Part shown: positions 16,791-23,353 of the stretch, piece after piece
How positions within the stretch are numbered: the first letter of the stretch is position 1
How the letters are laid out: each line of letters starts with the position of its first letter
Assembly: GCA_043779265.1 (NCBI GenBank)
Contig: JAYWEM010000077.1
Span: forward strand, 1 to 23,353
Source of the DNA: a bacterium
GTDB taxonomy: Bacteria > Eisenbacteria > RBG-16-71-46
Length of the DNA stretch: 23,353 bases
Direction: 5' to 3'
Position numbers and translations under genes: made by a program
The notes under the pieces: model-generated
Told to the model about the DNA's origin: nothing
Seen by the model: the letters and a program-made list of their open reading frames with translations, nothing else
The model's database searches: none

Positions 16791-18056
16791 ATGGCCGCCA
16801 TCGGCGCCAATTCCCAGTTGAACCCGCTCGAGAACGCCGAACTCCAGTTCGAGGAAGCCGCCGACCGGCTCGGTCTGGATGCCGGTGTCCGCGAAACGCT
16901 CAAGCAGCCGAGGCGCTCCACGATCCAGTCGCTTCCGATCATGATGGACGATGGGACGATCCGGGTGTTCACCGGCTATCGCGTGCAGCACTCGATCGCG
17001 CGCGGCCCGGCCAAGGGCGGCATCCGCTACCACCAGGACGTGACGCTCGAGGAGGTCGAGGCGCTCGCCTCGTGGATGACCTGGAAGTGCGCCGTGGCCG
17101 ATCTCCCGTTCGGTGGCGGCAAGGGCGGTATCCGGGTCGACCCGCGCCAGCTCTCGCTCAGCGAGCTCGAGCGACTGACCCGCCGCTATGCCGCCGATCT
17201 CTCCGACCTGTTCGGCCCGGAGAGAGACGTCCCCGCCCCCGATGTGAACACCGGCGAGCGCGAGATGGCATGGTTCGTCGATACCTACTCGATGCACGAG
17301 CGCCGCACCGAGTTGGCGGTCGTGACCGGCAAGCCGCTCGAAGTGGGCGGTTCTGCTGGCCGGCGTGAAGCCACGGGCCGCGGTGTCATGATCTCCGTGG
17401 CCGAGATCTGCCGTCGCCTCGGCATCGAACTCAAGGGCGCCCGCGTCGCAGTGCAGGGCTTCGGCAATGTCGGCGGCGTCTCCGCCGACCTGCTCTCCAA
17501 GGAGTGCGGCGCCAAGATCGTCGCCATCTCCGACGTGACCGGGAGCTATGCGGACCCCGACGGCATCGACATCAAGGCCGCGCTGGCGCACGCGGCCAAG
17601 CACAAGGGCCTCACGGGTTTCGCGGGTGCCAAGCCGCTGACCAGCTCGATCATCGAAGTGGATTGCGACATCCTCGTGCCGGCCGCCCTCGAGCACCAGA
17701 TCACCAGCGACAATGCCGACCAGGTCAAGGCCCGCATCGTCGCCGAGGGCGCGAACGGCCCGACGACGCCGAACGCCGACAAGCTCCTCGAGGCTCGCGG
17801 CATCTACGTGATCCCCGACATCCTCGCCAACGCGGGCGGTGTGACGGTGAGCTACTTCGAGTGGGTCCAGAACCGCATGGGCTTCTACTGGCCGGAGAGC
17901 GAGGTCAACGAGCGTTTGCACCAGAAGATGACCAAAGCGGTCTCGGACGTGTGGGACATGGCCCAGAAGGAGAAGGTGAGCCTGCGTGTCGCCGCCTACA
18001 TGGTGGCGATCCAGCGCGTCCTGCGAGTGCATCAGTTGCGCGGGATGTACGCCTGA
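16791..18056 (+). CDS. gdhA: Glu/Leu/Phe/Val dehydrogenase family, most likely glutamate dehydrogenase, 421 aa
   Basis: GGAGG at 16781-16785 before ATG 16791. Motifs GPAKGGIRY, MTWKCA, GGGKGG, DVPAPDVNT, VTGKP, GRREATGRG, QGFGNVG, EGANGP and NAGGVTVSYFEWVQN. Confidence 0.95.
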   Translation: MAAIGANSQLNPLENAELQFEEAADRLGLDAGVRETLKQPRRSTIQSLPIMMDDGTIRVFTGYRVQHSIARGPAKGGIRYHQDVTLEEVEALASWMTWKCAVADLPFGGGKGGIRVDPRQLSLSELERLTRRYAADLSDLFGPERDVPAPDVNTGEREMAWFVDTYSMHERRTELAVVTGKPLEVGGSAGRREATGRGVMISVAEICRRLGIELKGARVAVQGFGNVGGVSADLLSKECGAKIVAISDVTGSYADPDGIDIKAALAHAAKHKGLTGFAGAKPLTSSIIEVDCDILVPAALEHQITSDNADQVKARIVAEGANGPTTPNADKLLEARGIYVIPDILANAGGVTVSYFEWVQNRMGFYWPESEVNERLHQKMTKAVSDVWDMAQKEKVSLRVAAYMVAIQRVLRVHQLRGMYA

Positions 18057-18084
18057 GCTGGTTCGTACTCGGCGCAGAGCAATG

Positions 18085-18128
18085 CCAAGGGCCCGAGGAT
18101 CGCAACCCTCGGGCCCTTGGTCTTGCTT
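18085..18128. terminator. Probable bidirectional intrinsic terminator between the convergent gdhA and porV-like genes
   Basis: Perfect 14-bp stem CCAAGGGCCCGAGG (18085-18098) / CCTCGGGCCCTTGG (18107-18120) with an 8-nt loop. Followed by TCTTGCTT on + and CATTGCTCT on -. Confidence 0.85.
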
Positions 18129-18143
18129 GCAGGTGTGCGGCGA

Positions 18144-19220
18144 TCAGAACTTGAGCTTGAGTCCGATCTCGACCGTGTCGTCGAAGAAGTTCCGGACCGG
18201 CCGGAAGGCCACGTCCACGGCGAGCGTCGTCGAACCCGTCTTGACCTTGGCCCCGGCGCCGAACGCGTAGCCGGAATAGAGGTCGTCACCGGTGTCGAAC
18301 GAAAGCGACTCGTCGCCTGTCAGCCCGTCCAACTCGCTCGTCACGGTTCCGAACCACGAACCGCGCAGCGCGAACATGTCCCGGTAGTCCCACTCCGCGC
18401 CGGCGATGTAGGAGTCGCCGACGAAGTTGTTGTTCTGGAACGCGCCGAGCAGTTGCAGGCGGTTGTCCGCCCGCTGATACAGGTTGTAGGTCGCGGCGAG
18501 CGTGAAGAACGAGGGCATCTCGAACGGAGCGGTCGAGAAGCTCAGCGTGCGGTTCGCGGCGGACGGATCGGATCCCGGAGGCAGCGTGTTGATCTCCAGG
18601 TTCTCACCACCGAACTCCATCGAACCACCGAAGTTCTTCATCACCATGCCGAGCTTGAGTCCGCGCCAGCCGGTGTCGTACTGCACGCCGAGGTCCATCG
18701 CCACGCCCGTGGCGGAGACGCTGAGCACGTTCTCATTGACGATGTTGATGGTGCCGCCGAAGTTGACGCGATCGGTGAACTGCTTCGCCCAGGAGACACC
18801 CAGCACCGTGAACGTGGGCTGGATGATCTCGCCGGTGCCATCCGGGGCTTCCTCGGTCGTGACCAGCACTTCACCGATGGAGAGCACCTTGGCGTTGAAG
18901 CCGAGCACGCCGAGTCCGCCCGCGCGTGCCGCGACCGCGGCGTAGTTCACCTTCATGTCGGCGATGTACTGCGTGTGGCTGAACAGCGCCTCGCTGCCTT
19001 CCAGCCCGGCGAGACCCGCCGGGTTCCAGAAGATCGCGTCGACGCCTGTGACGTCACTGGTGATACCGCTACCCAGCGCCGAGCCTCTTGGCCCGACACT
19101 CAGCAACAGCTCGGTGGCTCCGCCTGTTCCCTTGCGCTCGTCCGAACCCGCCCATGCGCTGGACGCGGCCAGCGCGAGCAGGGTCGTCAGACAGAGCGCA
19201 CGCAGGATATGCCGGCTCAT
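18144..19220 (-). CDS. PorV/PorQ-family (FadL-like) outer-membrane beta-barrel, ~358 aa
   Basis: SD GGGAGG, then ATG 19220. Signal peptide MSRHILRALCLTTLLALAASSAWA. Family-typical N-terminus GTGGATELLLSVGPRGSALG..AIFWNPAGLA, plus MDLGVQY and LGMVMKNFG. C-terminal IGLKLKF. Confidence 0.82.
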   Translation of the reverse strand: MSRHILRALCLTTLLALAASSAWAGSDERKGTGGATELLLSVGPRGSALGSGITSDVTGVDAIFWNPAGLAGLEGSEALFSHTQYIADMKVNYAAVAARAGGLGVLGFNAKVLSIGEVLVTTEEAPDGTGEIIQPTFTVLGVSWAKQFTDRVNFGGTINIVNENVLSVSATGVAMDLGVQYDTGWRGLKLGMVMKNFGGSMEFGGENLEINTLPPGSDPSAANRTLSFSTAPFEMPSFFTLAATYNLYQRADNRLQLLGAFQNNNFVGDSYIAGAEWDYRDMFALRGSWFGTVTSELDGLTGDESLSFDTGDDLYSGYAFGAGAKVKTGSTTLAVDVAFRPVRNFFDDTVEIGLKLKF

Positions 19221-19267
19221 ATTCCGTCCTCCCTTGAAGTCGTTCGCGTTCATGGTCGTGTCCTCCA

Positions 19268-22200
19268 TCAGAAGCTGTTCAGGCGTTCCTTCTCCATGAA
19301 GATGACCAGACGGCTCGTGTGGGCGCCGACTCCGGGGACTTCGACGTGATAGATGTACACGCCGCTGCCGACCGGAAGGTCATTCTTCGTCTGGAGATCC
19401 CAATCGAGGATCGAGGTCGAGGCGTCCGTCTTCTCGAGGGTCCGCACGAGTTGGCCGGCCAGGTTGAAGATCCGAACGGTGCAGTTCTCCGGCATGTTCA
19501 TGAATCGGAGCCTGCGATTGAACTGGTTGAGTTCGTAGGTCGAGCGCGCGTAGTACGGATTCGGCACCGCACGGATCCGATCGAGCTGCGACTTGGCGAG
19601 CGAGTTGTTGCCGCGCACCAGCGCCTGCGTGTCGAACACGTAGATGTCGTTGTCCTTGGCGGGATTCGCCCACGTCCACTCGAACGCGTCGCCGTCATCG
19701 ACGATGTCGCCCGGTGTGCGCAGGCGGGCGGTGAGCGCCCACATGAACGGCCAAGTGCCCGAGAACACCCCGCCGTTCACCATGTACTGGGCCTTGGGCG
19801 TGTCGCTGTACGGACTCCGCAGCACTCCGAGGTACTCGCGGTCCCCGTCCGCCGCGTCGGTCGGGGCCCATGTGGAGTCCTGGGTCGCTGGCTGGTCGCC
19901 CAACGGCCGCAGCGTGCCATCGTTGTCCGCCATCGCGCGTTCCGAGAAGATCACGTCCAGTTGGACGTTGTTGATCTCGTCCCAAACCTGGAAGTTCACA
20001 TCGTGGAACCCGGCGTAGATGTAGCCGCGGCCCGCGGCCGGGGCTCCGCCTCCCGCGGGGAACAACTCCCTGCGGAAGTACCGGTAGGCCTTCTGCCGGG
20101 CCGTGGTGCTGAATCGCAACCGCACCGTGGTGAACGAGTCCGGATTGGACGAGGGGTTGATCGTGCTGCCGAAGAAGTCGTCCCCCGAGCCGGCACCACC
20201 ACCAAAGGCGGCCTGCCCGAAGTCCGCCCCCGTGTAGGCACGGCGATTCGCCGTGTTCAGATTCTGGTACGCCGCGTCCTGGAACTGCGCCGCGTATTTG
20301 CCGAACACCGTCACCTTGAGGCCGTCGACCACTCGGTAGTCATCGTCCCCATTGCGATTCAACTGCCCGGAGTACTTGACCTCGTTGAGCGTGCTGTCGA
20401 TCAGCGACCACGAGAAGTCGATCTGCGTGCTCGCGATCGTGCCGATCGGCCCGACATAGGGCGGTATCAGCGCATCGAACACGACCTTGTACACGTGCCC
20501 GGTCACGAGGTCCGGATTCACGACCTGGACGCTGACGACGTCGGTCGAAGGCGCCCGGGCCGTGTCCTTGCGCAGATACGTCACCGGGGTCGCCGAAGCG
20601 GTGGCCAGGTCGGTGCCCGCGGCCGCCCGCTGCGGGATGACGCGGATGACCGCCTGGGCGTTCTCCAGCACCTTCGGGAGACCCGTGGCGTTGTAGGCGT
20701 ACGACGTCACCGCGAAGTAGTACTCGGTGCCATTGCGGAGCGCCCCGCCCCTCACGGCGTCCTGCGTGATCGTGTGGTCGAACTTCACACCCACGTCCGA
20801 TCCGAAGGCGACCGGGAACTCGGGGATCAGCTGCCCCGTGTTCACGTCGAACACCTGATCGTAGATGACGCGCGTGCCGTTGATCTCATCGAACGTGCCG
20901 ACGCGCCTCCACGGACCGGCCACCGTTGCGCCCTGGTAGATGTTGTAGCCCTCGAACGCATAGCCGTCTTCCGTGTAGTCCGTGCGCGAACGGGCATCCC
21001 AACTGAGATGGACGCTCTGGTGGTCGACGCTCGCACTGACACGCGGCTGGCTCGGCGGGCTCGGCAGATCGAAGTTCGCATCGAACGCAGCCTGAGCGAA
21101 CTCGTCATTGAAGCGCAGCGCCGAAATCGAGGACAGCCGGTCGTTGCCCTGCCCGACCACGATCCCGACCACGATGATCTGCGTGTCGCCGGGCGCCATG
21201 GTGAACGGACCCGACGAGAGCATCATTCGGCGGTCGGCCGGGTTCGAATCGAGCCAGTCGAACGGACCCGGGCTGACAGGATCGCCGGCCACCTGGAACC
21301 GCGTCTCATTGCCATTCGGATCGAACACCGGGCTGCCGTCGGGGTTGAGACCCTTCATGTAGTTGTAGGTCTCAGCCGTCGAGTGCGGGTCGGTGCCGTT
21401 GATGTACTTGTTGAACGAGGAGAGTCCCAGCGTGTCGCCGCTGTCCCCGATCGGCCCCCGGAAGAAGTCGAACCCGAGCGCTGGCGGATTGCTGCCGTAG
21501 CCGCCGTCGTTGTTGTTCGAGTTGTACACATAGCCGAGCGACCGCGGCTTGCCGGTGTTGTCGGGCAGCGTGTCGCATCCCACGAGGTCATCCGTGAAGC
21601 CCGGGCCACCGCCCAGATCCGGATCCGACCACTGCGAGATGTACATGTTCTCGAGCAACTGGGCGCTCTTGTTGATCATCGTGTACTCGATGAACACCGT
21701 GTTGCCGAGCGCGCCCTGGCGATTGAACGCGAACGTCTTCTGCGTGATCTCCACGCCGAGCGCCAGTGAGCCACCGGCATCGTTCGTGTGATTGGCCTGA
21801 ATGGCGTCGTTGTAGACGCACCAGTTCATCATGTCGCCTGCGACATCTGGGCCCGGCACATCCACCGAGTCGCCCTCGGCTGGGGTCGACGTGTCGGGAA
21901 GGCGATACATCTTCCACGGCGCGCCCTTCGGCGCCGCACCCGACATGTACTCGCTCCACGAGTGGTGGACGAGTGGATCCTCGTACGCCGCCTCGTTCGG
22001 GACACGCTCGACACGCGAGGAGTCCTCCGGATTGCCGGTGTAGCGGATCATCTTGTAGACGATGTAGTCCGGATCGGTCGGATCATCGGGCAAAGCGCCG
22101 ATCATCTTCCCGGGGCCGTACTCCATCGAGTACTCGGCGACAACCGTGCGTTCCTGGCCGGCCACCGTCGCGCCCAGCCACATGCCGGCAGCGAAGATGA

Positions 22201-22471
22201 TCCCCTTGTCCGTGCCTCGCGGCCAATACATGCCCGTGTTGCCGGCTGCCTGGTCGAAGCCGAACGATCCATTGTTGGACACCCAGAGATTGGCGGTGTT
22301 GACGTCGATACGGCGGTCGATGTCCAGCGTCTGCACCCGCGTCGGTCGGTTCACCCCGAACGGGCTCACCTGGCGAAGCTGAGTGGGACGAGCAGCATCG
22401 ACCGTGCTCACGCCCGACGAGATCACGGCTGCTGCCGCGAGACACGCGAGTGCGACACGACGGAGATCCAT
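19268..22471 (-). CDS. Large secreted protein with an FnIII-like domain and a T9SS type-A-like C-terminal domain, 1067 aa
   Basis: SD AGGAGG, then ATG 22471. Signal MDLRRVALACLAAAAVISSGVSTVDA. FnIII-like PSPPSQP..VHLSWD..FEGYNIY..YYFAVTSY. CTD IRAVPNPY..VRIFNLAGQLVRTL..WDL..VGSGVYIYHV. Confidence 0.82.
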   Translation of the reverse strand: MDLRRVALACLAAAAVISSGVSTVDAARPTQLRQVSPFGVNRPTRVQTLDIDRRIDVNTANLWVSNNGSFGFDQAAGNTGMYWPRGTDKGIIFAAGMWLGATVAGQERTVVAEYSMEYGPGKMIGALPDDPTDPDYIVYKMIRYTGNPEDSSRVERVPNEAAYEDPLVHHSWSEYMSGAAPKGAPWKMYRLPDTSTPAEGDSVDVPGPDVAGDMMNWCVYNDAIQANHTNDAGGSLALGVEITQKTFAFNRQGALGNTVFIEYTMINKSAQLLENMYISQWSDPDLGGGPGFTDDLVGCDTLPDNTGKPRSLGYVYNSNNNDGGYGSNPPALGFDFFRGPIGDSGDTLGLSSFNKYINGTDPHSTAETYNYMKGLNPDGSPVFDPNGNETRFQVAGDPVSPGPFDWLDSNPADRRMMLSSGPFTMAPGDTQIIVVGIVVGQGNDRLSSISALRFNDEFAQAAFDANFDLPSPPSQPRVSASVDHQSVHLSWDARSRTDYTEDGYAFEGYNIYQGATVAGPWRRVGTFDEINGTRVIYDQVFDVNTGQLIPEFPVAFGSDVGVKFDHTITQDAVRGGALRNGTEYYFAVTSYAYNATGLPKVLENAQAVIRVIPQRAAAGTDLATASATPVTYLRKDTARAPSTDVVSVQVVNPDLVTGHVYKVVFDALIPPYVGPIGTIASTQIDFSWSLIDSTLNEVKYSGQLNRNGDDDYRVVDGLKVTVFGKYAAQFQDAAYQNLNTANRRAYTGADFGQAAFGGGAGSGDDFFGSTINPSSNPDSFTTVRLRFSTTARQKAYRYFRRELFPAGGGAPAAGRGYIYAGFHDVNFQVWDEINNVQLDVIFSERAMADNDGTLRPLGDQPATQDSTWAPTDAADGDREYLGVLRSPYSDTPKAQYMVNGGVFSGTWPFMWALTARLRTPGDIVDDGDAFEWTWANPAKDNDIYVFDTQALVRGNNSLAKSQLDRIRAVPNPYYARSTYELNQFNRRLRFMNMPENCTVRIFNLAGQLVRTLEKTDASTSILDWDLQTKNDLPVGSGVYIYHVEVPGVGAHTSRLVIFMEKERLNSF

Positions 22472-22505
22472 GGCGTTCCTCCTGCGATTCATCGCGCCCA
22501 CCACC

Positions 22506-23353
22506 CTAGAAGCTCGCCCGCACGCCGAAGCGCACGAGTCGCGGGTTCGAGTAGATATTGGGGTTGTTCTGAGCGAGGTCGTAAAGCTTGGCACCCTGCG
22601 CTCCGGTGTCATTGAGGAACGTCTGACCATCGGCGGTATGGAGCCAGCCGGTCGCGTTCGGCGATCCGGTTCCGGTGTAGACCGTGAACGGGTTCTTCGC
22701 GTCGAGCGCATTGAGCACCCAGACGAAGCCGTCGAACTTGGTTGTGCCCAGCGTGAAACCGCGGCTGGCCTTGATGTCGACTGTGGACGACCACGGGCCG
22801 GTGCGAGAGTTCAACGGGCCGATCGGCGACGAGTTGACGTTCGCCAGCGTGACCTCGTTGTAGATGCTCGTCGGTGTGTACGGCGTGCCCGAGCCGACGT
22901 TGTAGAGCACATTCACACTGGTGTTCTCCAGGATCGGCCACTCGCCCCACTTCGGGCCCTCACCCTTGCCGAGTTCCCAGTCCAGGTTCATCGAGATCTT
23001 GTGACGCTGATCGAAATCGAGCGGCGCCGTCTGCTTGGGCGGGTTGCTCGCCGTCCAAGCGATGTTGCCCTGTGAGTTCGAGACCGAGCCCGTGCCCTGC
23101 GCGTACGACAGGCTGTAGTTGATGCTGGCCGCCACGTGATTCGTGCGGCGCATCGTCCAGCCCACGTCCACGCCCTTGATCGTCGCGAAGTCGCGGTTGC
23201 GATACGACGAGAAGGCGTTCGGGAATGACGGGATGTTGGTGATCTCGACGAGGTCCTTCACGTCCTTGTAGTAGGCCGTGATGTCGATGCGGGCCCGATC
23301 GCCGACCATGCGCTCGAATCCGACCTCGTAAGCCGTCGTCTGCTCCGGCTTGA
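22506..23353 (-). CDS. TonB-dependent receptor, C-terminal barrel portion (5'-truncated by the window edge)
   Basis: Frame is open to the window end: KPEQTTAYEVGFE..ITAYYKDVKDL..NRDFATIKGVD..NYSLSYAQG..PLDFDQRH..GSGTPYT..VLNALD..PRLVRFGVRASF. These are typical TBDR motifs with a terminal Phe. Confidence 0.88.
   Translation of the reverse strand, partial: KPEQTTAYEVGFERMVGDRARIDITAYYKDVKDLVEITNIPSFPNAFSSYRNRDFATIKGVDVGWTMRRTNHVAASINYSLSYAQGTGSVSNSQGNIAWTASNPPKQTAPLDFDQRHKISMNLDWELGKGEGPKWGEWPILENTSVNVLYNVGSGTPYTPTSIYNEVTLANVNSSPIGPLNSRTGPWSSTVDIKASRGFTLGTTKFDGFVWVLNALDAKNPFTVYTGTGSPNATGWLHTADGQTFLNDTGAQGAKLYDLAQNNPNIYSNPRLVRFGVRASF

Noticed and set aside
16749..21769. ORFs of 427 aa (-), 410 aa (+) and 816 aa (+)
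   Set aside because: Antisense shadows of gdhA, the porV-like gene and the CTD protein.
1..23353. CRISPR arrays, tRNA/rRNA, IS elements, prophage or defence genes
   Set aside because: No spaced direct repeats, RNA gene signatures, transposase or integrase motifs were seen. The window is almost fully tiled by assignable CDSs.

Overview
High-GC, gene-dense chromosomal segment of a diderm bacterium. A PorV-like barrel, a T9SS-type C-terminal domain and a TonB-dependent receptor point to the FCB superphylum, perhaps a candidate lineage such as Ca. Eisenbacteria (inference only). Left to right: (1) a cbiM-cbiQ-cbiO-like ECF metal transporter (minus strand, truncated at the left edge) with unusual His/Cys motifs; (2) a plus-strand pair, an (alpha/alpha)6 glycosidase-like lipoprotein and a secreted TPR-like protein, with atypical codon usage; (3) a tightly coupled minus-strand operon mreB-mreC-mreD-mrdA-rodA-lgt-aroE-comF; (4) a divergent, uncharacterised operon with a large outer-membrane beta-barrel and two paralogous C-x-NPF lipoproteins; (5) glutamate dehydrogenase with a clear sigma70-type promoter, a structured leader and a bidirectional terminator; (6) a minus-strand operon of TonB-dependent receptor (truncated at the right edge), 1067-aa T9SS-CTD surface protein and PorV-family barrel. 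The best candidates for undescribed systems are (6) and (4). I saw no RNA genes, CRISPR arrays or mobile elements. All calls come from reading motifs by eye; no database searches were run.
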